A stretch of 64,000 nucleotides of DNA, taken from contig NW_024704742.1 in assembly GCF_018977255.1 (NCBI RefSeq), forward strand, positions 42,844,001-42,908,000, read 5' to 3'. Under the pieces are notes generated by a model that was given only the letters and a program-made list of their open reading frames with translations, was not told the DNA's origin and made no database searches. Below are positions 1-11,713 of this stretch, one piece after another; position 1 is the stretch's first letter, and each line of letters starts with the position of its first letter. Position numbers and translations under genes: made by a program. The DNA comes from Callorhinchus milii (lineage: Eukaryota).

Positions 1-1555
1 AAAAATCCTCCCTTGATGCGTCGCAGCTATCAAGCTACCGACCCATCTCCAACCTCCCCTTCCTGTCCAAGGTTCTTGAAAGAGTTGTCGCCTCCCAGCT
101 GCACTCTTTCCTCTCCACCCATTCATTATTTGAACCCCTTCAGTCAGGTTTCCGTGCTGCCCACAGCACAGAAACCGCCCTGGTCAAGGTCACCAATGAC
201 ATTTTGACCATCAGCGACCAGGGCTCCCTCTGCCTCCTCATCCTCCTCGACCTATCGGCCGCATTCGATATGGTCGACCACTCTATCCTCCTCCACTGCT
301 TGTCCTCCCACCTCAACCTTCAAGGCCCTGTCCTTGAGTGGTTTAGGTCCTACCTTTCTCACCGTCTTCAGTTTGTTTCCACAAACGGCTTTTCCTCCAG
401 CCCCCGCACTGTCTCGTGCGGTGTCCCTCAGGGCTCTGTCCTCGGTGCCCTCCTCTTCACCCTCTATATGCTCCCCCTTGGTGACATCATCCGCAGACAT
501 GGGGTTAACTTCCACATGTATGCGGATGACACCCAACTCTACCCTTCCTCTTCTACCCTCAACTCCACGACCAACGATGTCCTGACAGCTGCCTGTCCGA
601 CATCGAGTCCTGAATGAAAGACAACTTTCTTCAGCTCAACATGTGCAAGACTGAGGCCCTCCTGATTGGCTCACGTCAGCGCCTCCGCACCTCAGCCGCT
701 GACAGCATCAGCATCCAAGGCTGCACTCTAAACCTCTCAAAGCCGCTCAGGAACCTCGGGGTTCTGTTCGATCCTGAGTTGTCCTTTCTTCCTCATATCC
801 GCACCACAAATGGTACCGCCTTCCATCACCTCCGAAACATCGCCAGACTACAGCACTACCTCACCCCTCACGCTGCTCAAACTCTGGCCCACGCATTTAT
901 CACCTCAAGGCTGGACTATACGAACTCTCTCCTCGCCGGCCTTCCCGGCACCTCCCTCCACAAGCTGCAGGTCATTCAGAACTCTGCAGCTCGTGTACTG
1001 TCCCGCACCAGGCTTCGCGACCACATCACTCCCACCCTCGCTCGCCTCCACTGGCTCCACATCCCCCAGAGGATCGAATTCAAGATCCTCATCCTCACCT
1101 ACAAGGCCATTCACGGCCTTGCCCCCTCCTACCTCTCTGACCTACTGTCCCCCTACCTACCTGCTCGTACCCTCTGTTCCTCTGGCTCCGGTCTGCTCCA
1201 CATCCCCCGCCCCAACCGCCCTACCATCGGTGGCCTTCAGCCTCTCAGCCCCCAGGCTCTGGAACTCTATCCCCCAGTGCCTTCGCCGCCTCCTCCCTTT
1301 CCTCCTTCAAGGCCGGTCTCAAGACCTTTCTCTTTAACCGTGACTTCAGCTCCCCTCTCGACTCTCTACCCCCTCCTCGCTCCCTCCCTTCCCTCCCCTC
1401 ACCCTGACCATTTCCCCCCTGCTCACTCCCTCCCTTCCCTCCCCTCACCCTGACCATTTCCCCCCTGCTCGGGTCCCAACCCAACTGTCCAGCGCCTTGG
1501 GACGTCCTCCCAACGTGAATGGCGCTCTATAAATTAAATCTTCTTGTTGTTGTTG
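1..1555 (+). mobile_element. L2-clade LINE, young family A: RT domain to 3' end, frameshifted; continues beyond the left window edge
   Basis: ORFs 204-617 ([26 protein letters not shown]) and 614-1453 (SRLDY, LHWL) are the L2 ORF2 RT and C-terminus. The 3' stem-loop AGCGCCTTGGGACGTCC...GGCGCT and a (GTT)n tail end at 1555. Confidence 0.95.
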
Positions 1556-1895
1556 ATATAGCACCTTATCACGTCTTCGAGAAGTCTCAAAGCACTTCAC
1601 AGAATATACCGTAAAGTGAAATGTCTGAACACTTTGTGGGCAAACGTGGTAGCCAACTACACACAGCAGTGTCCAACAAACAGTCGTGGTTTAAGTGAAC
1701 ACATTTTTTTTTATTTAACTTTTTTTTGAAGGCATTATTAACCATGGAAAAGCGATCCACCAATCGACTAACAACCGGGTTCCTACTTACTGCTAGGTAA
1801 ACAAAGGCATGTGGGGTAAAGAAATTTGTCCAATGTTTCGCCCTGCTGGCAAACAAACCCAGGTCCTCTTGCTTGTGTGGCGAGTGTTCTAACCA
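1556..1895 (-). mobile_element. tRNA-derived SINE, long form; tail lost at the L2 junction
   Basis: Matches the copies at 29061-29416, 33647-34027 and 50751-51125, including the TTTACCTAGCAGTAAGTAGGAACCC middle segment. Confidence 0.88.
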
Positions 1896-1994
1896 GGAAT
1901 CCACATATACTTTAAAGCGGATTACTATGATTTTTTTGTATGTGAAACACACCAGTATATAATAATTAATATTATTATTTTCAGTAAAGTGAAG

Positions 1995-2337
1995 ATAATA
2001 ATAATAGTAATAATAATAATAATAATAATAATCCTTGCATTTGATATAGCGCTTTTTCACATCTTCTAGATGTCTCAAAGAGCTTCACAGAATAGATTGT
2101 AAAGTAAATTGACCGTATATTTGTGGGCGAAATGCGGCAGCCAATTGCGCACAGCTGTGTCCCACAAACAGTCGTGGATTGAAATGACCAATGTATTATT
2201 GTTTTTGTTTTTGGAGGGATTATTATTCGGCGTGTGGAGTAAGGAAACGTCCCTAAGGTTTCGCCCTCTGCCTGGAATTGAACTCATGTCTCTCGCTTGC
2301 AAGGTGAGTGCTCTAACCACTGAGCTACAGGACTCCA
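1995..2337 (-). mobile_element. tRNA-derived SINE, short form, full length
   Basis: Minus strand reads GGAGTCCTGTAGCTCAGTGGTTAGAGC (A box), GAGTTCAATTCC (B box), the shared 3' module and an (ATT)n tail. Confidence 0.92.
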
Positions 2338-3405
2338 ACAAGATAACCCATCTTTCTATGCTAACAAAATGTTCCAGCTGGTACTATAGCTGGCTTTAGG
2401 GAATCTGCAATCTCAAGATGCAACTTTAGGGTCCCTGCTCAGGGAGGCCAAAGCACTTCATTTTTCTCTGATCATAGAGGAAACACAGGAGAACAAAGCT
2501 AAAATATCTCATCACCAGCTTTCATGTGTCTTGAAAACAACAAAGAATATCCGCCCCTCAAAGTGCCTTATCTTAATTGAATTATTTTCTGAAATTAGAG
2601 TTTTTTTTCATGACTGCTCAGCTGCCATTTAGTGCATGAACATTCAGCATGAAATATTATGCTTGAAGAGCAAATAATGGTGTATTTGGCTACCTACAGA
2701 ATATTGTTTTAAAAAATGAAAAGCATAACAGAAAGTATATCTTCACTGTAAAAAATGTCCTTCTTTATATCAATTTAGAAAATATATCTTCTACCCAGGA
2801 GATCACTTCATTGTTTTAATCAACTCTACCCACTGAAGCTCATATTTCAGAACTGCCAAACTGATACTCAGTGCGGCTTCTACAATGACATAGGTTATGG
2901 ATGTGTTTCAGATTTTCTAATACTTAGTCTCTAAGATTAACAAATAAACCAACAATGCATGCTGATTTTGAGGTGTCCAACAGCAGTTTTTAAAGTGTAC
3001 AGTATTCAAACTGGTCCAAAATGAAAATTTCTGTCATAGTGTACACAAGTTGGTCCAAAGCACATCTGAGTCTACATCACTAGTGCAGTTCAACTGAACA
3101 ACCAGATGGGAGAAGATACAAAACAGTAGGGAAACTAATTATAAAATTATTTTGCATATTGACTGTGCTTTTGGTCACCTTTCCCCACCCCACGCCACTC
3201 AACTCCCACACCCAGCTCAGGTGCCAAACCAGTATTGGGATGTCCTCCGAACATGAAAGACGTTCTATAAATATAAATTTCCATTGTGGCATTTGTGTAT
3301 TTCATAATCGCTTATATTCTAGATTTTGAAAGTGGGAAAGAAGATATAGAAATGTTAACCACAATGTTTATATGGGACGTCATGCCAGTGATTCTCATTG
3401 TAGGA

Positions 3406-3735
3406 GTCAGACTGGCTTAGTTGATGGCACTGCTTGCCTCTGAGTCAAAAGATTGTGGTTTAAACCACACATCAGGTCATTGAACTTACATAGTCTAGGC
3501 TGATACTCCAATGAAGTGCTGGTGTGCACTGAAGTGTTGGAGATGCTGTCCTTTGGATGAGATATTGAACTGTCTGCCTGTTCTGATAAATGTTCAATAT
3601 CCCATGGCACTATTAAAAAACAGAAGGGCATTTCCCCAGTGTCCTTGCCAACAATCCCCCATATGAAATTATTCATTTACGTAATGGCTGTTCATGGGAC
3701 ATTACCTTGTGCAAATCAATTGGATATTGCTGCAA
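3406..3735 (+). mobile_element. Old Deu-domain SINE (SacSINE1/AmnSINE1-like)
   Basis: tRNA-like head GGCTTAGTTGATGGCACTGCTTGCCTCTGAGTCA; Deu-type motifs GGATGAGAT and ATCCCATGGCACTATT. Confidence 0.75.
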
Positions 3736-4036
3736 AATAATTGAAAACTAATATATTTGAAGGAAAAGCACAGTGTCAAAAGAATCACTGAACTATGAGT
3801 ATGGTGTTACAGTGGGAAAGTTAATTTGTTCTTTGAAAATGCTGAGTAACATTTTTTCCTCTTGCATTTTAATGAAGACAATCCTTTGTCCACTGAATTG
3901 AACTTTTAAAAAATCTGAATTTTGTGAAGGCATAAGACAACACAAGTGGACCAGTTTTTATTCTGGAAGAGTTTAAACATGCAACAACCTTATAAAAATA
4001 TCAAACAATATTGTTTACAAAACTCCATCACCTTTA

Positions 4037-4560
4037 TTTTTTTGGTCAACCAGGTATCTGACACGTGGAAACCCATCACCATGGGTATCCAAACCAAACA
4101 GAGTTCCATGCAGCCCACCTACACATTGAAATTCCAGAGATGTTAATTGGACTGAAATGCTCACTTTCTCCCTTACCTAATTCCAAAAAGTATTTGGCAC
4201 AGGTTGGCAGGAGCCAAGGTTTGCAGACCGTAGAGTGTGCCATGCGATACTGCTGGAGTCTAAACAGCTAAAACTGCAGAGTTGCCAATTGAGAGCACTG
4301 TCTGGCAAGCTTTCCCACTGCTTGTCCAGCAAGGACCACCCTATCTATTATAGCTTTGGCTTACAGGGTTACAGGAGTTAAGTGGAATAGTCCTTGCCTC
4401 CAGTGGGAGGCCTGCCCTTCCAAGTCAGGCAAATGAGTCAGGCTGGGTGAGTTGTCATCAGCGGTGCCATGGACCCAGTTAAGCTCCAAGGAGACCCCGC
4501 TTACCTCCTTTCCAAGGATAGTCAAAGTAGCTTTTACAAAAGAACTGCCCATTATGAACA
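4037..4560 (+). repeat. Unclassified old interspersed repeat, copy 1
   Basis: Shares TTTTGGTCA.CCA.GTATCTGACAC, CAGCTAAAACTGCA and GGCAAGCTT with 6523-7000, and aligns by eye to three further copies. Confidence 0.7.
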
Positions 4561-6214
4561 GAAAAGTGTCCGACAAGAATCATCTGCAAGGAAATAAAGA
4601 CCTTCATTCCCTCCAAGCAATTCACTCTTTAGCCTTCTGCCACTATAGTTGGATTAATCATAGATCATTAATCCATTACAATGGATAGGACAGAGAAGAC
4701 TGAATCATTAATGTTACCATTGAGCAAACAGCAATCAATAATTCAAATAATCTCATAAGATTTTCCAGCCTCCTTTTTCCTGAGTCAACTGACACAATCC
4801 CTTTCAGGGCAACACGTAACATGATTCAGTGTATGGATGTTTTTAAAGATGCAAAATAGTGTCAAAACTGAAGCCTAGGAGTATATGCAATGTAATGAGG
4901 CTTCTTTGGGGGTTGTGACTTGTAAGCTGCAATTCCTTTCCTTTGTTAGCTATTCAGGTTTTAAATTTGCAGGTGCGATGTTTATACTGTGTATCCTATA
5001 CACCAGTTTTATGGTATAGTTAGTATCTGGCATGTTTGCTCTTTCTTGACCGATTTTATAGTTTCTATTTAACCTGAGATCCTGCTTCCAGCTAAAGTTC
5101 AGAAAGTCAAAGTAACTAAGCAGTTTGAGACGTGAAATGTATATCAACTGTACATATCAAATATATCAAATGTAAGAATTAGGATTTATTAATGCACTTA
5201 CATAAGAATTTCTGAGCAATTCATACCATTAATTTGAACTAAAATTGTAGTTTCAGAAGGATTATCAATAGATAGAAGAGCAAATTCCTCTTATCATCCT
5301 TTTATCACAAAGTTACATGTCAACACGTCCTTTAAAAGAGCAATACAAAAGACTGATTCACACTCAGACAGAAATATACATATTCAATGTTTTTTTTAAC
5401 TGGGAAAGAAATCATCATGCTTAGCATCTCTTTTTACGGAATCAATTAATGTTCTTTTTGAATACCATGGAAACAAATCGCTGCAAAAGTTTTTTTGTAG
5501 CTAAATAGTTTTCTCTCGAAGAGAATATTATTATAATGATCCAAAAATATGTAGTCCAATGATCGGTCAAACCCAAAACCTATTCATTTGCTTGACCTGC
5601 TGTGCATTTCTAGCAATTTCTGCTTTATATTTACACAATTGAATATTCATTTTTATAATAACATTTACAATGTGAATCAATTTCATATTATCTTTAAATT
5701 TTCTGACATGTCTAGTTTAAATGCATACCGAAGTCAAACAGAACATTTTAATATTCTGTTCCCAATTCCTCCAATGGGGTAGGTTCATGCATAATTCTGA
5801 ACTAAACACAAAATGTCTGTAAATTATTTATGTGCTTAGCAGGGTATAGTTCCAACTGCAGAATGACAGCTAAATTGAGAAATTAGATAATCGAAGAATC
5901 AATCATACCACACATTATCTCAATCCAGGCACCATAACATTGATACCTTAGTTGGAGGTATTTTTGAATCTTAGGAAGAAACCATCAGACAATTCCTCAA
6001 TCTTTTTTTCCCATATTACCTTGATTTACCAATGTGTGACACAATAGTACGAACAGAGAAACTATTGCAAAGCTGTGAGAATGATATCCTACTATTGTAT
6101 TCAGAAGACAACAGAAGTTTCTATTTGACCTCATCCTTCCAGAAAACCATCACATCTCAACTATCTTACCATTACAGCATCAAGAGCATTCCTAAATTAA
6201 TGTAATAAAATATT

Positions 6215-6335
6215 GTAGCCTCAACCATCCTTACTGGCAATCTGTTGCAACTGTTGATTACCCTCTGTATAATAAATATTTCCTAGTGACTTCATAAATT
6301 GCTCTTCACAACTCTGAACCTGTGTCCTCCTGCCA
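6215..6335 (-). mobile_element. CR1 LINE remnant
   Basis: Minus strand GGAGGACACAGG...CAGAGGGTAATCAAC resembles the CR1 ORF2 C-terminal RGH...QRVIN region. Confidence 0.5.
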
Positions 6336-6522
6336 TTCATAACTTATGACCCATTCATTCCAAGTCATCAGGTCAGTGAACAAATAATATAGTGATATGA
6401 ATTGTAACCCACATGGCTCTCATTGTCATGTGTGCTCTTGCTTCTTTAGAGAGCACATAATCATAAAGGTTTAATTAACTGAGTATTGATACATAGTATT
6501 CAACGGAAATTCTCTCACTGTT

Positions 6523-7000
6523 GTTTTGGTCAGCCAAGTATCTGACACCCATTACCAGTTTAGGAGTACGCAAACCAGGGAGAGTTCCACATAGGTATGC
6601 CATCTGCACATGGAAATGTTATTGTCTCTGAAATGGAATTTGTCACACTCAATGGAGGGTGCGCACACTGCTTTACCTGTTCCATTTAGGAAAGCTAAAT
6701 GTTCCAGACAGCATTTGGTGCAGGTTGGCAAGAGCCAAGCCATGTGAACCCCAGAGCGTGCGTTGGAGTATTGCTGAACTTTAACCAGCTAAAACTGCAA
6801 AGCTTGCCATTCTAAGCATTGCCTGGCAAGCTTCCTAATGTTTGTCAAGGTAGGATCACCCTGCCCTTTGAGGCTTTAGCTTTCAGGGTTAACAGGAGTC
6901 AAATGGGAGGAATTCCTATTCCCATTGCAGTCGCCTCTTCTAAGTCCTGCCAACAAACCACAGTTTTGGAATAGGTGGAAAAATGTACCCTGTGGAACTC
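6523..7000 (+). repeat. Unclassified old interspersed repeat, copy 2
   Basis: Collinear with 4037-4560. Confidence 0.7.
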
Positions 7001-7544
7001 TACATATATTAAGTTCAGCCTAGGAAACAGAGCAGAAAGATGGTGGGAAGGAATTCCCTGGGCACCACGGCCCTTTCAGCACACCAGTTTTGGCTTATGT
7101 GAAATTTTTGTTTTAGCAGATTGTTTTGGTAGTCTCACAAGAGATTTCTCCTTGAAGAATCTGCTAAATAATGTAAACAGTGCCTTTAAATGCCTCAATC
7201 CATGCTTGGAAACATTGATGTTTTAAAACAACTTTAGTAAGACATTCGAGAAGCTGAAAACTTGATCCTGAGTGGTGCTATTTTCACATTTTAGACAGAT
7301 AATGAAGTCAATATTGCTCCCATGCAATTTTCATTAAAAATATAATGAAGTCTCAGGCTTGTGTAAGAGATTTATTTCTAGCACTTGACTGCAAGATCAC
7401 AAGAACGTTGCTTTAAAAAAAAGGTCATGCAGATTTCTCTGCATTAATAAAATATGATTAAGGAATATTGGGTACAAGTAAAAAAAAATTAAATACTGCA
7501 TGATATATATTCGATTCAAAACAAATCATGGAAATTGTTTTTTA

Positions 7545-7692
7545 AAAATTGGTCTACAACTGTTTGTGGGACATTACTGTGCGCAATTGGCTGCTGGTTT
7601 CACCCACAAAATATTTACAATGTATTCTGTGAAGCAATTTGAGATGTCTCAACAGCGTGATAAGGCTCTATATCAAATCAAGGATTATTATT
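7545..7692 (+). mobile_element. SINE 3' fragment
   Basis: TGTTTGTGGGACATTACTGTGCGCAATTGGCTGC...ATCAAATCAAGGATTATTATT. Confidence 0.85.
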
Positions 7693-8321
7693 GTAAAGGG
7701 AGCATCATAAATCTGTCAAACAATATAAACACTTCATATGGGATTTCTTGGAACGGCTTCAGCTCCGAGCCATCTAAGAGGATCTCCAGAAAAGCTTTAG
7801 AATATTTGTGCTAAATGCAACGCATGTCAGCAACAGCTTAATAATGTAACTGTGATAGAAAACAAAATAAAAACAAAATCATTTTAAAATGTTCCCTAAA
7901 CTTATAATCTTCTGTTTCACTGTAGAAAAGAACTGCAATATATTTAAAAAAATGCAAAAATACGAATTTTCAGTAAAACATAACTAAACAGCTAACTCTT
8001 AAGTGTCATCATCACAAATGTTTTTACTTGCTTAGAAAAATATGAGAAAAATAAAATCCTGCCTTGTGACCTGAGGCACAATGATGACAATGAAGGAAAA
8101 TGATGCCTTAAAAACAGAAGGCACAAACTCAAAATATGAAATTCAAAGAAAAAAGGAAATTTCTATGTGTTGTATAACCCAATCATATACATCATTATCT
8201 ATTCAAGAGTGGCACAATAATTTGTAAAGAAAAAACATTGTACCCTCTGAATATCAATAAAAGTGCATTTAAATTTAGCATTTTAGCACTCCAGCAATTC
8301 TCTTCCCATGAACACAAAAAG

Positions 8322-8680
8322 AATAATTCTTGCATTTGATATAGTGCTGGCTCATGAGTTTGTGTAATTTTATGGGAAGTAGTGACTGTGTTGTTAGCAA
8401 TGTCCCACGAACAGTTATGAAGTGAGTGAACAATTTCATTTTGGGGATTGTTGGCTAAATCATTGGGGTAAACCCCTTTCTCTTTTCAAATAGTGCCATG
8501 GAATCTTTAACATCCATCTGAACAGCAGATGGGACCTTAGTTTAGCATCTCTTATGAGATGCCTCAGTTTAGTCATCTCCAACAATGCAGCATCACTCCA
8601 GCACTGTATTCAACTATCAGACTGGACAGTGAGTTCAAAGCCCTAATATGAAACTTGAACCTACAACCTTCTGAACATAG
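8322..8680 (-). mobile_element. Old Deu-domain SINE
   Basis: Plus strand ATAGTGCCATGGAATCTTTAACATCCA is the reverse complement of the Deu motif; SINE tail near 8322. Confidence 0.7.
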
Positions 8681-9147
8681 GATTAGAGTTGTCAAGGGCA
8701 ATTTCAGGACAGTTACCAACAAGATACCAGCGAGAAAAGGTGATATTGACCAGAATGGGCCATAGGGCCTTCTTCAACCAAAGCAATTTTGTGATTAGCA
8801 CTAATTTTCTGAATTACACGTACAAGTGATGATAGAGCATATTAATTAAGATGTGACATGAGACCATTTAAAGCTTAAAACCTGAGTTAAGAATTTAAGG
8901 GATAGCATAAGAGACTACATTCAATGTAAAGTACCTCTCATCCGGAATTGTGAAATCAAACCTAGAAGTTAAGAGATTAGGAAGAGGAATAACATGAAAT
9001 ATAATACTGCAAATTATTTTTGACAGGAGGAAAAAGAGAGCGCTGAGTATGTGCAGCTAAGTGTAAGCCCAGAGCTCCATAACTGTCATTCCAATCTGGA
9101 TAGTTTCTGAATGCTACAAAAGAATTCTTATTCAATAATAATATTAA

Positions 9148-10020
9148 ACAAAAACAACAACAAGATTACATTTCTTTAGCTTCTTTCACGTCGGGAGGAC
9201 ATCCCAAGGCGCTGGACAGTGTACAGCATTTCAGACCCGAGCTGGGGTCTGGGAGGGAGAAGGGAGGGGAGGGGAAGGAGTTGGCCAATGGCATGGTCGA
9301 AGAGGAGGGTCTTGAGGTGGGACTTGAAGGAGGCTAAGGAGGGGTCGAGGCGGAGTGATTTGGGAATGGAATTCCAGAGGTTGGGGGCAGAGTGGCTGAA
9401 GGCTCTCCACCAATGGTGGGGCAGGTGGGTCGGGGGACGTGGAGCAGGCCGGAGCGGCTGAGCGGAGGGAACACACGGGTTGGTAGGGGGTTAGGAGGTT
9501 GCAGAGGTAGGGTGGGGCGAGGCCATGGAGGGCTTTGTAGGTGAGGACCAGGATCTTGAACTGGATCCTCTGAAGGATAGGGAGCTAATGGTGAGTTGTA
9601 GTGAGCAACCATGGAGGTTGATGCTACCAGAGCCTGAGGTGCTGAGGCGCTGGCGCGAGTCAATCAGGAGGGCCTCAGTCTTGTTCACATTCAACTGTAG
9701 GAAATTTGCCATCATCCAGGACTTGATATCCGACAGGCAGTCTGTCAGGACAGCAGTGGTCCTGGAGTTGAGGGTGGAGGCAGAAAAATAGTGTTGGGTG
9801 TCATCCGCATACATATGGAAGTTGACCCCATGTCTGCAGATGATATCACCAAGGGGGAGCATATAGATATTAAAGAGGAGAGGACCAAGGACAGAGCCCT
9901 GGGGGACGCCAGACGTGAGAGTCCAGGGGCTGGAGGAGAAACCGTTAGAGGCAACAAAGTGGAGATGGTGAGAGAGATAGGATTCGATCCAGGCAAGGGC
10001 GGGTCCACGAAGATTAAATA
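9148..10020 (-). mobile_element. L2 LINE family B, 5'-truncated, with an internal deletion
   Basis: ORF 9491-10048 has [13 protein letters not shown] and YADD. The (CAA)n tail is at about 9150. The 3'UTR matches 41887-42149. Confidence 0.93.
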
Positions 10021-11274
10021 AAGAGGTTAAAGGCTTGAATTGGACCACCAGGAAATTGCCAGAAGCCGGCCAGTTTTAGTGTAAAAGCTAAATTTACATC
10101 CTATTTGGTTAAATCACTTTTTTGGCAAATCATCTTCTCAAGGTGGGTTTACTAGCTGCACAGATAATTAATCATCTTTGAATGTGTGCCCACAACCACA
10201 TTCATGCAGTAGTTTCAACACTGATGCAATGGTATTTATATGTTGGATCACCATTAAAACCACTGTATAATGAGGGCATAAAGAGGCTGTACTGTTTTCA
10301 TCCAAGCATGTCCTTTCCCATCGCATCAGGGAACCACTGCTGACCTGAATTGACATCCTTCACTATAAATAAAGGAGAAATTTCAAAACACTGACATCCA
10401 GGGCTGACCTGAATGCCAATGACAAATAATCCTGCCAGTATTCTCTTCCTGACCTGGGCACCTCACAAATCAACAGGCGGGTTGTTCCTGAAAGGGATTC
10501 CATTCAAATTTCTCCCTATTGTGAAGGAAGGTCTTCAATGATGAGTCCACACAAGATCAAATACACTAATAATATTATTGACATTGACAAAAGCATAAAA
10601 TATTAGGCATTATTTTATTTATTATAAATTAACTGGGGGAGGTAAAATTATATCATAATGGAAATAATAATAAATGAAGTTGATAGAACAGTAAAGTACT
10701 TTTTCCTTCAATTTCATCTTCACGAAAAAAAAGTTTAGGGTTTAGAAGAACCAATAATTTAGGTTGACATTGTGCATAAATGACAAGTTTAATATGTTTT
10801 TAAGTAAATGAGAAATGCCAATTACTTTGCAAGAAGAGAGATGCTTAAATTCAATTTCACTTTAAGCTGAATGAAACAGTTCAAACTAGCCTGCGGCTGA
10901 ATACTGCCAACAGCTGGCATAATGGAAGACAGAACCTCAGTGGGAGGTTTATATCAGAAATTAGGAGCAAGTAAAGCTACCAAAACAGTACATTTTAGTA
11001 ATCTATTGCAGCGCTAGTTCAAGTTTTTTAATTCTGTGACTAATTATTTGACTAATACTTTATTTATGCTGCTTAAATTGAGGCAATATCACTTCCAGCA
11101 GTAATGTTATGCAAAGCAACAAGCCCGATTTATACTTCCCACTTCCCTAATCACATAGACCAGAAACTAATTTACTGAAAGTAAGCGCATGTGCAAAATT
11201 TCAATGTCAGGTTTATATTTTAATAACTTTTAAGGGGTAATTTCTGAGTGAAACCTGAATTGGTCTGCACCCAT

Positions 11275-11332
11275 CCTTGGGACGTTCCTCCGAACCTGAA
11301 AGGCGCTTTGGAAATGCAATTTGTTGTTGTTG
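11275..11332 (+). mobile_element. Ultra-short L2 3' end (stem-loop plus tail)
   Basis: CCTTGGGACGTTCCTCCGAACCTGAAAGGCGCT...(TTG)n. Confidence 0.75.
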
Positions 11333-11713
11333 TGTGTTTGCACCTCAGGAGTGCAAATCAACATGCTTAAGGTGGTCTTGGCAGTCGAAATCCGTTTATT
11401 CCTTAGTTCTATCCACAGGGATCAGTCTGAAAGTTAGTCTCTATAATATCTTTGAGCACTGGGAAGGGGCAGGTTGTGTCAAGGCTGTGCAGAGGAACCA
11501 ACCCATGAAGTTTTTTCTCCCAGCAGCACTTTTGTTTCAAAAACATATTTTCTGTGATTCAACAATACTTACAAAACAAAAACAATTGCTTTCCACTTTC
11601 TATTGTTCTGTGTTACCAACGAAGCAACTGACCATGACAATTTGTAAAGCCTGATCAGCAGGCATATCCATCAATGTTTTAATACTACTGCCAGGAAACG
11701 AAACGCTGTATCC

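Noticed and set aside
810..1484. Alternate-frame and antisense ORFs over L2 copies (also near 19820, 26497 and 42620)
   Set aside because: Shadow ORFs produced by the C-rich L2 composition and repeated in each copy.
2265..2337. tRNA-Ala(TGC)-like sequence, also at 45299 and 51125
   Set aside because: It is the SINE head: always fused to the SINE body, variable among copies, and without a proper acceptor stem.
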